DNA of 64,000 nucleotides from a virus (taxonomy: Duplodnaviria > Caudoviricetes), in the IMG/VR virus record IMGVR_UViG_637000339_000002; one strand, given 5' to 3'. Numbering within the stretch: the first letter of the stretch is position 1; each line of letters opens with the position of its first letter. The notes below the pieces were generated by a model. The model was not told where the DNA came from, ran no database searches, and saw only the letters and a list, made by a program, of their open reading frames with translations. Position numbers and translations under genes: made by a program. Positions 10,049 through 20,862 of this stretch are shown here, piece by piece.

Positions 10049-11053
10049 ATGCAAAATCCATTTACAAATACAGCATTTAGCATGACGGCACTAACAAATG
10101 CAATAAATATATTGCCGATAAATTATGGACGAGTTGAAAATTTAAATTTGTTTCCAAGTAGGTCAGTAAGATTTAGACATATTACTATAGAGGAGCAAAA
10201 TGGAGTATTAAGTTTACTACCAACGCATTTACCAGGAGCACCAGCAACAGTAGGAAAACGTGGAAAACGAAAAATAAGAACTTTTACCATTCCACATATA
10301 CCACATGATGACGTAGTGTTGCCTGAGGAAGTACAGGGAATAAGGGCATTTGGGTCAGAAAGTGAACTGAAAGCATTGGCAGATGTAATAACTGATCATT
10401 TGCAGCTAATGAGAAATAAACACGCAATAACGTTAGAACATTTGAGAATGGGAGCGCTGAAGGGAATCATTCTTGATGCTGATGGGTCGGAGTTATTAAA
10501 CCTTTACAACGAATTTGAAATTACACCAAAAGTAGTAAATTTTGCATTGGGGACTGCGACAACCGATGTAAAGCGTAAGTGTCTGGAAGTATTGCGCCAT
10601 GTTGAGGACAATTTAAGTGGTGAATATATGACGGGGATTCATGCACTGGTAAGTCCAGAGTTTTTTGATGCACTAATTTCGCATAGTAAAGTGAAAGAGG
10701 CATATGAAAGATGGCAAGAAGGAGCAGCGCTGAGGAATGACATGAGATCAGGATTTACGTTCTGTGGAATAACATTTGAAGAGTATAGAGGGCAAGCAAC
10801 CGACCCTGAAGGAACCGTAAGAAGATTTATAGAAAGAGAAAGTGGAAACTGTTTTCCACTAGGAACAGCGAGCACATTTACAACGTATTTTGCACCAGCA
10901 GACTTTAATGAGACAGTAAATACTCTTGGACAGCCACTTTACGCGAAACAAGAGCCAAGAAGATTTGATAGAGGGACCGATTTACATACTCAGTCAAATT
11001 CTCTGCCAATGTGCCATAGACCGGGAGTATTAGTAAAAGTCGTTGTAACATAA
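10049..11053 (+). CDS. Major capsid protein (lambda gpE family)
   Basis: TLEHLRMGALKG, FAPADF.ETVNT.G, QSN.LP.C.RP motifs; 334 aa. Confidence 0.92.
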   Translation: MQNPFTNTAFSMTALTNAINILPINYGRVENLNLFPSRSVRFRHITIEEQNGVLSLLPTHLPGAPATVGKRGKRKIRTFTIPHIPHDDVVLPEEVQGIRAFGSESELKALADVITDHLQLMRNKHAITLEHLRMGALKGIILDADGSELLNLYNEFEITPKVVNFALGTATTDVKRKCLEVLRHVEDNLSGEYMTGIHALVSPEFFDALISHSKVKEAYERWQEGAALRNDMRSGFTFCGITFEEYRGQATDPEGTVRRFIERESGNCFPLGTASTFTTYFAPADFNETVNTLGQPLYAKQEPRRFDRGTDLHTQSNSLPMCHRPGVLVKVVVT

Positions 11054-11150
11054 CAACACAGGTAGAGCAACTATAAAGTGGTGAGGCAGAAGAATGCTTT
11101 ACCTGTGTGCCCCTTCTTAGCATGTAAAGGTTAGTATATAGCAGAAAAAT

Positions 11151-11456
11151 ATGCAAGAAAATATTAAGAGATTATTGCAAGATTGTTTTGCCCATTTAGG
11201 AAAAGTAGCTTTGTATGAATCAAAGGATAAGTCATATATGGTACAAGTACTAAAGCAACAGCCAGATAAATTATACGAGATTGGTGAAGGACAATTTGTA
11301 GGAGAAATTTTATTGTTGGAAGTAAGTGTGTTTGATGTATTAAAGCCAATGGTAGGAGATACTTTTTCCATAGGTAGTTGTAGATACAGAGTACACACAC
11401 CACCACTTAGAGATAATTCAGGAATGGTATGGAAAATTCAAGCATCGGGGGTGTAA
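11151..11456 (+). CDS. Head-tail joining protein (gpFII-like)
   Basis: 101 aa after capsid gene; P..GD.F.IG..Y.V...P..D..G..W pattern. Confidence 0.65.
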   Translation: MQENIKRLLQDCFAHLGKVALYESKDKSYMVQVLKQQPDKLYEIGEGQFVGEILLLEVSVFDVLKPMVGDTFSIGSCRYRVHTPPLRDNSGMVWKIQASGV

Positions 11457-11457
11457 A

Positions 11458-11461
11458 ATGT
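11458..11461 (+). pseudogene. 5' fragment (ATGT) of minor tail protein gpZ, the 5' exon of the intron
   Basis: ATG-T joined to CT-ATT-AAT... at 62842 (minus strand) reads MSINIEV... in frame with ORF 62325-62774. Confidence 0.8.
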
Positions 11462-13377
11462 GTGCGCCAAGAAGTGCGTAAGGAACAGTTGGTGAAAATC
11501 CAACACGGGTAAAGCTTAGCCGGCAACCTGGAACAAACCATTATGCTGCGTAAGGTAACGAGCGTAGTAAAGCTAATGGAATGGACAACATAGGGTGCAA
11601 CGAAAGTGAAGGTATTGAGTCCCGTAATTCACGCGTCATGGGGGCTGACACTTTACATTTGGTGGAAGGCAACATGGGTAATAACGCTAAGGCAAGATAT
11701 TACTCACCTCATCGGGATCGAAGGCCGCGTCATATGTTGAGATGGACCTTACGTGAACTTGGGAGATCCTTTGTATTCCTGTAAGGGTACTCTGGAACAA
11801 GTCAATAAAGGCGAGGACTGGAGGAAGATGCAAAGGAAGTCGGACTAACTGATAGTACTCGGAGTGTGGGAAAGCCACATACAAGGGGAAGCGGTTAGCA
11901 ATATAGTGACTGGTATAGGGATTGCTATACCAATACAACAGAGATTAGAGGAGTATGCAAGGAAAACTAAACCAGATAGCAGTAAGGGCTAAGCAAGATA
12001 AGCGAGTAAAATTTACATCATTAGTTCATTTGATTAATGAAGAGAATCTTGCAGAGTGTTATAAGGAACTAAAACGCAACAAGGCTTGTGGTATAGATCG
12101 TGTGACAGTGGAAGCTTATGGAGAAAATCTAGAAGAGAAACTTAAAACACTAGTGGATAGTATGAAGAGAAAACAATATCACCGCTACCAGTGAAAAGGG
12201 TATACATACCCAAAGCCGGGAGCAAAGAGAAGCGCGGTCTCGGAATACCATCAACGGAAGATAAGTTGGTACAGGTAATGCTAAAGAAGATATTAGAAAA
12301 TATTTATGAAGCAAACTTTATGGACAGCTCGTATGGATTTCGACCAGGAAGAAATTGTCATCAGGCGATAAACGCTCTAGATAAAGCAGTTATGCACAAA
12401 CCAATTAACTATATTGTAGAAGTGGATATCAAGAAGTTCTTTGATAATGTTCAACATAAATGGCTAATGAATTGTCTAAGGGAACGAATAGCTGACCCAA
12501 ATTTATTGTGGTTAATAAAACGATTTCTAAAGGCAGGAATAGTCGAAGTTGGATGTTATAAAGCAACCGATCAAGGCACACCACAAGGTGGTATAGTAAG
12601 CCCTGTCTTAGCTAATATATACTTACACTATGTGCTGGACTTATGGTTTGAAAAGAAATTTAAGCCAAAAGCCAGAGGATATTTACAGCTAATAAGGTTT
12701 TGCGACGATTTTGTAGTTGGCTGCGAGAGGGAAGAAGACGCAAAAGAATTTCTAGAATTACTGAAACAAAGACTAAGTAAATTTGGGTTGGAAATAGCTG
12801 AAAATAAAACAAAAATAGTAAAGTTTGGTAAGAAAGAATGGTATCAAGCAGAAAGAGAGAAACGTAGGACGGCTAGCTTCAACTTTCTAGGATTTACACA
12901 TTATTGTGGAAAAAGTCGTAATGGTAAACTTATGATGAAGCAGAAAACTTCAAAAATAAGCCTAGCCAGAAAGATTAAAGAAATCAAAGAATGGTTGAAG
13001 ATGGTACGAAGTCGTATCTGTCTCAAAGATTGGTGGCAGAAACTTAAAGCCAAACTAACAGGACACTATAGCTACTTCGGAGTTAGCGGAAATTATCGGT
13101 GTTTGATTCAATTCTATCGACCGGTAACAAAGTTAGCATTTAAGTGGATAAACCGACGTAGTCAAAAGAAAAGTATGGATTGGGAACAATTTATACACTA
13201 TTTAAAAGTAAATCCATTACCAAAACCAAAGGTATATGTTTCTTTATACACAGGAGCACTAGTGTGAACGCTGTATTGTGGAGCCGTGTGCGGGAAATCC
13301 GCAAGCACGGTTCTTTTGGGGAGACTATGGTTATGAGACCAAATCGCTGGTTTCAAGGTCATGAGTCTCTACCAGAC
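11462..13377 (+). mobile_element. Group II intron, full length, endonuclease-minus
   Basis: 5' GTGCG at 11462; domain V GAGCCGTGTGCGGGAAATCCGCAAGCACGGTTC at ~13282-13314; 3' ...ACCAGAC at 13377; loop ACATTT (11655-11660) complementary to exon AAATGT (11456-11461), consistent with EBS1/IBS1. Confidence 0.92.
11955..13267 (+). pseudogene. Intron-encoded reverse transcriptase/maturase, frameshifted near 12181
   Basis: KACGID, LGIP..EDK, SYGFRP, GTPQGG..SP.LANIYL, RFCDDF and domain X; expected Y.PLPVKRVYIPK is split by a 1-nt deletion. Confidence 0.9.
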
Positions 13378-13644
13378 CCCTCCCTTCAGAAAGCCCTATA
13401 TCTCTGCTTTTTTTGACTACTACAAAAGAAGCTTTTCTGTTGGAGACGTAAATAAACTTTGCTCTTTGTCTCCATTTTAAGCAGCAATCAAATTTTACGA
13501 GCTTCTGTCTCTTCTTCTATGGCAGTAACTTCAAACTTTTTTCCTTTAGCTTCATCTACAATTTGCTGATAAAGATTGTTTCATCACTGAGAGTTTTGCA
13601 ATCAATTGCTCAGAGGTTTGCAATAAAAGTTGTTGTATTCTCAT
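13378..13644 (-). pseudogene. Possible degraded ORF remnant cut by the intron
   Basis: GGAG then ATG at 13644, broken reading frames running up to the intron junction; no family recognised. Confidence 0.2.
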
Positions 13645-13974
13645 ATAGTCTCCATTAACCCCTTATACTCACCACAAGTTGTTCAATCTTTTTTGAAAAA
13701 CTTTCTTTGCAACCAACAAAAAAACATGATAGACTAGCTTTAGGGTTTTTTGTAATAAATAAAAATTTGAGATAAAAAATAATTTAGAAATGCCTCATAA
13801 TCGATTTTTAAGCTACCTTACATGAGCAACTTAGGTCTTGGTGGTATAATTGTACCCTGAAGTCGTAGAATCGTTTTAAAACCGCATTAGCAGACCAACG
13901 TTTATTTGAGTTTTATCAGCATAAAAAAAAGATGAGAGTAAGAGCCTTTTAAAAACGCACTAATTGTATTTTTC

Positions 13975-14280
13975 ATTAAATGTAAATATCTTAATAATAT
14001 TTTGTGGCAGCCTTTCTGGACTTCTTTCTTTTTGCTGTTTAAGTTATTGTACTTTATTTGTATTTTACTATTATTTTATATTATCTATTATTATTTATTA
14101 CTATTATATATATATAATATATAAGGGTTTTAGGAACGCAGAATCCGCTATAATGGCTGACTTCAGACACATAATAACTAGGAACACTTTTAGGAATAGA
14201 GGGCAAAAGGTTAGGATTCAAGCGATCTTTAGCTTCCTAGTTTCTCATTACTTATTTAGTAACCAAGGAATTAGGAATAT
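13975..14280. promoter_or_regulatory. Candidate phage replication origin (iteron-like TAGGAA repeats plus AT tract)
   Basis: TAGGA(A/T) at 14131, 14179, 14191, 14212, 14272; inverted copy at 14234; AT tract 14050-14123; immediately downstream of repA. Confidence 0.45.
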
Positions 14281-14431
14281 AATTCAACCATTTGATGTCT
14301 TATCCCTTTTTAATTGAAATCATAACTTATAATAGGGTTGTGGCTCCGAAGTTAGATTGAGTAGATGGTAGATTGAATAGAGAAAATAGGGCAACTCTAA
14401 AATATTTAAAGAGCCACCCATAAAGAAAGAC

Positions 14432-16627
14432 TTATCCTAACATTAAATTTTGCCTATAGCTAAAATCTTCAGCTCCAAGAGTGAACTTTCCTATACCACA
14501 AGCAAATGGTCCAGTTGGAATGTCAAGCCACTTATCCTCTTTTGCACCTGTAGACATTCCTTTAACTAACTGCTTTGCTTGTAAAAGTTCCTGAACTATA
14601 CGCTCTAGTCGATCTCTTCCCATACTGTGGAAAATCTCAGGTAGCCTATGCCGTTGTTTATATACTCCTGTGCTTCCTGTGTGAGTAAATGGGTGTCCTG
14701 CAACAGCAGATCGTGTAATTGCATCAGTAAGACATATTTTAAGGTCTTTTTCACTAGCATTTTTAACTGTTAGTTGTATTGTTATATCTTCTAGTAGCCC
14801 TGTTTCCTGATTTCTTAGGTAAGTTCTTACAGTGCGATCAGCTAAACCATTGGCCTTCACAACTGCCCCATGAAACAAAGCATTCTGTCTTGGTGTTTCT
14901 CCTACTGCCTTAAAGATTTCTAGCCTAGCTGTATTTTCTATTGGCCAAAAAGCGTATGAGCATCTAACACCATTAACAAGAGCAGAGGTACCTCTAATTG
15001 CATCGCGTGCTTGTTCAGCAGTTAATATTGGTTTTTCTCCTTTTGGCTTTCTCATGTGATGAGCAGTAATTATCGAAGCTCCAGTACTACATGCTAAATC
15101 AGATAATAAGCACATTAGATAATCCCCTACAGCAGGATCAGCATTTATATCTGCATGGATAAATGAAGCAAGTGGATCAAATACTATCAATTTCAGATCT
15201 TTAATTTCCTCGAGCTGTTTCATTACGGATTCGAATTCAGGAGAAACTTCGACGATTTTACCACGAACATTTCTGAGTATTGTAAGTGATCCTCTGACGT
15301 TTGGCAGTGGTACAATAAATAATTTATCTTTATGTTTCAACCTTTCACACTTAGGGTCGAGTCGTTCTAAGCGGCGGTGTATCTCACTTGCATCATCTTC
15401 TGCTGAAAAAATCACTACTGATCCATGTTCAGTAACAAGTGAACCAAAGCCACACATCTGATCCTTATCACTTGCAACCTTAAGCGCTAGGTCAAGAAGA
15501 AGCATACCTTTGCCTGTATCTCCCATTGCTGCTATTATTGAAGTAACACCTAAAGGAAATAGACCTTCAACAAGAAACTTTTGCTCTGGTACCGGACCTA
15601 CAAAGCGCTCTGCACTCCAATCTAAAATGTTAAGTGGCTGTTTTGTGGATCTTTCTAAACTTTTCATATTTGAAGTATCAGTAGCTGGAGTATCAATAGT
15701 AAGCAACGGAGTTGAAGCTAAAAACTCTTTGACATCTATACCTTCCTCTACACAATCAGCAGCATCCCATTTCTCAGGCTTACCTCGAGGAATTTCAAGC
15801 ACAGCAAGTGATGCAACTCCGATCTCTAAAAGCTTTTTTTCAGCATTTTTTGCGTATTTATTACCTGCTTCATCATTATCTGGCCAAATGATAATATGCT
15901 TACCTTTAAGTGGTGACCAGTCTGTTTTATCAATTGGTGCGTTTGCTCCAGACATTGCTGTTGTTGCTGTGATACCTTGTTCTATCAGCGCTTCTGCACA
16001 TTTTTCCCCTTCAACCAGAACAACTTTATCAGACTTTAAAATACTTGGTATGTTATAGAGAGGTCTTACTTTTGGCGCACCATACCGAGATTGTTTAACA
16101 TCAAAAGGCTTATATTGCTTTTTTCCTTTAGGAGGATCAGAACGATAAATTTTTACAATGACCTGACCATTTTCATCATAATAATTCCAACTGTGGGTAA
16201 TAAATTTCTCGAAGTCTTCGTCAGCCTTTGCGCATTTCTTGTTATATCCAAGACATTCACTTATAGAGGCCATCACTTCACAAAAGTCTCTCTTTGTATC
16301 TTTTCCCTGTGCACCTGCCCAAATATCAAGAACATCACCTTTCTGCCCAGTTGCAAAATCCTGCCAGAGTCCGGCTTTTCCACCAGTTAATGCTACTCTG
16401 AGGCTTTGTCCTTTGTTACCATGCACATCACCTATTCGGAATTCATCTCCATGAAAAGTTCCCCTTGGGAATAAATAAGAAAGGCATGATCTTATGTTTA
16501 ATAATAGTTGTCTTTTTATTTCTTCTACATCAAATTGCTCTAATGGTTCTACAGTATTATTAAAATCATAATATTCATCATTTAAAGTATTTTTTTGTTT
16601 GACATCAGTTAAAAAATCTTGTACCAT
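14432..16627 (-). CDS. repA: Primase-helicase RepA (Toprim plus RecA-like AAA helicase)
   Basis: LVEGEKCA, WPDND.AG, KWDAAD Toprim motifs; AMGDTGKG Walker A, IVFDP Walker B, HHMRK, RGTSAL. Confidence 0.9.
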   Translation of the reverse strand: MVQDFLTDVKQKNTLNDEYYDFNNTVEPLEQFDVEEIKRQLLLNIRSCLSYLFPRGTFHGDEFRIGDVHGNKGQSLRVALTGGKAGLWQDFATGQKGDVLDIWAGAQGKDTKRDFCEVMASISECLGYNKKCAKADEDFEKFITHSWNYYDENGQVIVKIYRSDPPKGKKQYKPFDVKQSRYGAPKVRPLYNIPSILKSDKVVLVEGEKCAEALIEQGITATTAMSGANAPIDKTDWSPLKGKHIIIWPDNDEAGNKYAKNAEKKLLEIGVASLAVLEIPRGKPEKWDAADCVEEGIDVKEFLASTPLLTIDTPATDTSNMKSLERSTKQPLNILDWSAERFVGPVPEQKFLVEGLFPLGVTSIIAAMGDTGKGMLLLDLALKVASDKDQMCGFGSLVTEHGSVVIFSAEDDASEIHRRLERLDPKCERLKHKDKLFIVPLPNVRGSLTILRNVRGKIVEVSPEFESVMKQLEEIKDLKLIVFDPLASFIHADINADPAVGDYLMCLLSDLACSTGASIITAHHMRKPKGEKPILTAEQARDAIRGTSALVNGVRCSYAFWPIENTARLEIFKAVGETPRQNALFHGAVVKANGLADRTVRTYLRNQETGLLEDITIQLTVKNASEKDLKICLTDAITRSAVAGHPFTHTGSTGVYKQRHRLPEIFHSMGRDRLERIVQELLQAKQLVKGMSTGAKEDKWLDIPTGPFACGIGKFTLGAEDFSYRQNLMLG

Positions 16628-17334
16628 AAGTTGAAACTTCTTTTAAGATTAAGCGTTTGAAAGGTTTTTGAGTAAGGCTGTTTTGATTGGGGTCTTACTC
16701 TTTCATTATGTAAGTAAAAACTACGGTGGGGGTTCTTTTGGCAAAGCTTGAAAAATATATTAACAAGTAAAGGAAGTCAGTTCAGGTGAAAAGTGAGGTT
16801 TTAGTATCTTCTTTCTTTTAAAGAAAAACACTCTATTATAATTCTACTACATTTTACTCACCATGTCAACCACTTAGTTTTTATTCTGTTGATATATTTA
16901 AAATAAATTAAAAAAACTAATGTTTTCTTTCTGCTATATAATTCATAATGGTGTCTTTGATAGAAAACCCTCTACTATATATATACCGGGTTTCTTATGA
17001 CTTTTTCTGAAAAAATTAAAAACTTTTTTCTTTGGAGGAGTTTGGCCTACCTATTAATGATAATCTTTTCAAGCCATCTGTAAAAATGAAAAGTTTCTGA
17101 AAACGGCAATTACTTTTTGGTTCATGAATAGAATTATTAAAGATGCTTTTTATTCAAATTTTAAAGGGCATTACAGGTGCTAAAGGGTACAGTTTAAAGT
17201 GGAATCACTTTAAAACGTAATTACAGGCTTTTTGCCTACCAATGAGACATAAAGTACGAAATATAAATCTTTGTCTCTATTTTGAACTATTAGCGGTAGT
17301 TAGCTGGTTCTTTACATTAAATAACTCAGCTATA

Positions 17335-20300
17335 TTATAGTGCATTTTTTATATTAACTAAATCTCTTAATTGATCGTTGTTAAATTCTGTAATCCAACT
17401 CTCGCCACTACTTATAGTTAGGTTTGCTAATTCCTTCTTGCTTTGAATCATCTCATCAATACGCTCTTCAAATGTACCTGTTGAAAGTAGCCTGTACACC
17501 ATGACATTACGTTCTTGCCCGATACGATAGGCCCGATCTGTTGCTTGTGCTTCCACTGCTGGATTCCACCATAAATCGTAATGTATTACATGGTTTGCCG
17601 CTGTTAAATTAAGCCCTGTTCCACCAGCTTTTAAAGACACTATAAGAATGTTGGACTGGAATAAGTTTTGAAAGTCATTAATCATTGTATCACGTGCTTT
17701 TCTAGAAAGTCCTCCATGTAAAAATGGCACTTCTGATTCAAACCTTTCTTCAAGTAGCCTAGCTATAATCTCACCCATTTCAGTGTATTGAGTAAATATC
17801 AATGATTTTTCTGCAACTTCACCAATACTAATCAATATTTCCTCAAGCATCTGCATTTTACCGGATTGTTCAATACTCGCACGCTTTTTCTTGCCAAACT
17901 GTGATGGATGGTTACAAATTTGCTTTAAAGCATTGATAAGTTTAAAGATTAGTCCCTTACGTTCAATCCCTTCACTTTTTTCTATCTTCTCCATAGTTGT
18001 ATCAACAACCTTTTGATAAAGCGCTGTTTGCTCTGAAGTGAGGGAACAATAACGATTGTTCTCAATTTTATCTGGTAAATCCTGAATAATGCTTTTATCA
18101 CTCTTAAGCCTACGTAACATAAAAGGGCTAGTGATTTTCATAAACCTTTCTAGACAAGTTTTATCTCTTGCTTTTTCAATCGGTGTTGCAAAGCTGCTTT
18201 TAAACTGCTTAGGAGTACCAAGATAAGATTTGTTGATAAAGTCAAAAATGCTCCAATACTCAAGCAACCTATTCTCAACAGGCGTACCACTCATAGCTAT
18301 CTTATGTTTTGCTGCAATAGTTTTAATTGCCTTGGTTTGTTCGGTATTAGGATTTTTTATATTTTGTGCTTCATCAATCACGAGCAAAAACCAGCGAATT
18401 TTATTAAGTTCTTTTTTATCACGACGTGCAAGACCATAGGATGTTAGAGCTACATCATAATCACTTGCCAATTCTCGATTTTGTCCGTGATAGACGAAAA
18501 GCTTTAATTCTGGTGCAAAACGTTCCATCTCTCGTTGCCAATTACTTAATATGCTTGTGGGAGCTACTACCAAGACTCTGTCCCGATCCAAAAACCCTGT
18601 ATTTTTGCAACACAGAATAGCTGCTATAACCTGTAATGTTTTACCAAGACCCATATCATCAGCAATTATGCTACCAAACCCGTTTTCTATGTTCTGTACA
18701 AGCCAACTAAATCCACGTTCTTGATATGGGCGTAGTTGTGCTATTAGATTATTTGGTGTAGTAACAGGTGTGTAAGTATTAAGTTTATTAAATAAGCTTG
18801 TAAGCTGCTGGTCAAATGCTACTTTAGTTTCATTTACTTCTCCTGTTAGAGCAGCTTGCATAAGCTCTGCTTGACTTAAATAATCAGGCAATTTATCAAG
18901 TTTTTTTAATAAAGCTTCTACCTCTTTGTCATCCAAAAGGACGTACTGATCGACTATTCGCACAAGCCCTCGGGAATCTTTTAGCAATTTTTTAAATTCT
19001 GTAACGCTTAGTTTTTTATCTCCTATTGCTACTTTCCAATCAAATTTCAATAAATTTTCCAGCGTTAAAAAGCTTTCGCGATCTTCTTTTATTTTATCTT
19101 TAGTAGACAAATTAAGACTTAATTGTGGTTTTAAGATTTTTTGTAAAGATTTCGGCAAAATAACTTTGATGCCTATTGCTCTTAGTACAGGCAAGATATG
19201 CAAAAATAATGGTGCAAAATTATCTAAATTAAATGATAATGTGCTATTATCGTCAATCGACTTTTCTAGTTCAGGTATATATTCAGACAAAAGTGCAAGA
19301 TCAGATAAAATACTAAGCTTTACGTTTTGATTAGAGAGTGCTTTTTCCAGCTTGATGAATGACTTCTCATCATCCAGTGATAACTGTACCTCAAGTTCAA
19401 ATTTTTCATGGTGATCTTTTATCATTAAATAGAGTTTGTAAGGTTTATCTGCTAAATAAAGACGTGAAAGCCAGAGATTAATTGCTTGCGGTATTTCCTT
19501 GTTGCTAAACTCAGTAAACTTGTATGATCTTCCAGTAAAGAATAATTCAAAGATGGATTTATCTCTATGCTTATCCAGTGATGCAGGAAAGTTATCTTCT
19601 ATATACCCTAAAAGGATGAGAGAGATAGCAACATTTACTTGTTCCTCTGGTTCCATAACGATTTCTTGATATTTAATCAATAGAGGCGGACAAATAGATG
19701 ATATCTTGCTATGAATTTCCTTAACTGACTCATTAAACAACGCCGGAATCCACCTAATTATTACTTCTCCTCTTTTGTTTTGTAATACTTGTGGTATTAG
19801 CGCTGACTTTTCCATTAGCATATGTGCAAACTGTGAAATCATATGCATGAAGCGAAGTTCAGGGTTAAGTTTGTGGAGTAACGAACTAGGAATATCATTT
19901 AAAAATCGTGCTACATCCCTCAATACATTTCCACTGAGCCTAAATAAATTAGTTGTACCATTGCTCACTTGAGTAAGGTAATGCTGATCATCAATGAATA
20001 GTTGAAATGTTTGCCAATTCTCAATATTTCCCCATCTTTTAATAAATAGCTCCTCTTCTGATAGTTCCTTCTTAGAAGCTGGATAGTACACTAATCTTCC
20101 TGCAGGATACTTTTGCCAATGCTTATAAGCTATCTGTAAGATATTATGAAAGTTTTTTTCAAAAAAAAGTGGATTATCTGTTAAAATACTACTGATACAA
20201 CCAAAAAGGTTAGGAATAGTTGATAAATCAATATCATTTAAAATTGCTTGGTTATGTATTCTAATTTTAGAACATGCCTTAAATATATCATCTATCTTTA

Positions 20301-20862
20301 AAATGTTTTGAGCATTTTCTAATTTTCCATTCCCAAAATCATCGATAAGTGCTGACAAATTACAATTATGAATATTAAAAATCATGAAGGGGTTTTTATC
20401 AATTTCTGCAGCAATAAGATAAATTACAGCAGCAATGTGTTTACAAGGCATAGCCCAATCAGGACAACTACAACTTGCATTCATCTCCTGCCAATTTGAA
20501 GGAAATAATTTAATCCCAAGATCATTAAGCTTATCAAACAAGCTGGCTGATAATTGTCTATTTATCAATTTAGCTAATATAGCTGGTGAAGTTTCAATAA
20601 TTTGACGAATGGTCTGTTGTTCTGATGAGCTTAATTCATTGAGTATAATTTTGACTTTATATGGTTGAGGTTTTGAACCACGATATGGGTAAGATCCTGA
20701 GCTATGAACTTTAGCTGTAACTATGTGACCATTAATTTTAATACCAAAAGCTCGACCAGTATTAGCACAAGTTCTGCCACGTGGAAGACGGTTATCATAA
20801 TCTATTCCGTCAAAAGACTGGAGCCACTTCTTACCCCACCATGTTCTTCCATAAATAGTCAT
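17335..20862 (-). CDS. SWIM Zn-finger plus SNF2-family helicase
   Basis: CSCPD...CKH SWIM motif; ADDMGLGKT, DEAQ, SGTPVEN, QATDRAYRIGQ. Confidence 0.93.
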   Translation of the reverse strand: MTIYGRTWWGKKWLQSFDGIDYDNRLPRGRTCANTGRAFGIKINGHIVTAKVHSSGSYPYRGSKPQPYKVKIILNELSSSEQQTIRQIIETSPAILAKLINRQLSASLFDKLNDLGIKLFPSNWQEMNASCSCPDWAMPCKHIAAVIYLIAAEIDKNPFMIFNIHNCNLSALIDDFGNGKLENAQNILKIDDIFKACSKIRIHNQAILNDIDLSTIPNLFGCISSILTDNPLFFEKNFHNILQIAYKHWQKYPAGRLVYYPASKKELSEEELFIKRWGNIENWQTFQLFIDDQHYLTQVSNGTTNLFRLSGNVLRDVARFLNDIPSSLLHKLNPELRFMHMISQFAHMLMEKSALIPQVLQNKRGEVIIRWIPALFNESVKEIHSKISSICPPLLIKYQEIVMEPEEQVNVAISLILLGYIEDNFPASLDKHRDKSIFELFFTGRSYKFTEFSNKEIPQAINLWLSRLYLADKPYKLYLMIKDHHEKFELEVQLSLDDEKSFIKLEKALSNQNVKLSILSDLALLSEYIPELEKSIDDNSTLSFNLDNFAPLFLHILPVLRAIGIKVILPKSLQKILKPQLSLNLSTKDKIKEDRESFLTLENLLKFDWKVAIGDKKLSVTEFKKLLKDSRGLVRIVDQYVLLDDKEVEALLKKLDKLPDYLSQAELMQAALTGEVNETKVAFDQQLTSLFNKLNTYTPVTTPNNLIAQLRPYQERGFSWLVQNIENGFGSIIADDMGLGKTLQVIAAILCCKNTGFLDRDRVLVVAPTSILSNWQREMERFAPELKLFVYHGQNRELASDYDVALTSYGLARRDKKELNKIRWFLLVIDEAQNIKNPNTEQTKAIKTIAAKHKIAMSGTPVENRLLEYWSIFDFINKSYLGTPKQFKSSFATPIEKARDKTCLERFMKITSPFMLRRLKSDKSIIQDLPDKIENNRYCSLTSEQTALYQKVVDTTMEKIEKSEGIERKGLIFKLINALKQICNHPSQFGKKKRASIEQSGKMQMLEEILISIGEVAEKSLIFTQYTEMGEIIARLLEERFESEVPFLHGGLSRKARDTMINDFQNLFQSNILIVSLKAGGTGLNLTAANHVIHYDLWWNPAVEAQATDRAYRIGQERNVMVYRLLSTGTFEERIDEMIQSKKELANLTISSGESWITEFNNDQLRDLVNIKNAL

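Noticed and set aside
11955-13377. RT plus a distant repeat as a diversity-generating retroelement or retron
   Set aside because: GTGCG/AC termini, domain V and maturase domain X indicate a group II intron; the two copies translate identically, with no adenine-specific variation seen.
13180-13416. 78-aa ORF and its twin at 62831-63040, plus ORFs 11581-11784 and 11687-11938
   Set aside because: They overlap intron RNA domains; the duplication reflects the intron copies.
13964-14317. 117-aa ORF
   Set aside because: Low-complexity Y/I/F translation of an AT tract with a TTG start; the region is better explained as non-coding.
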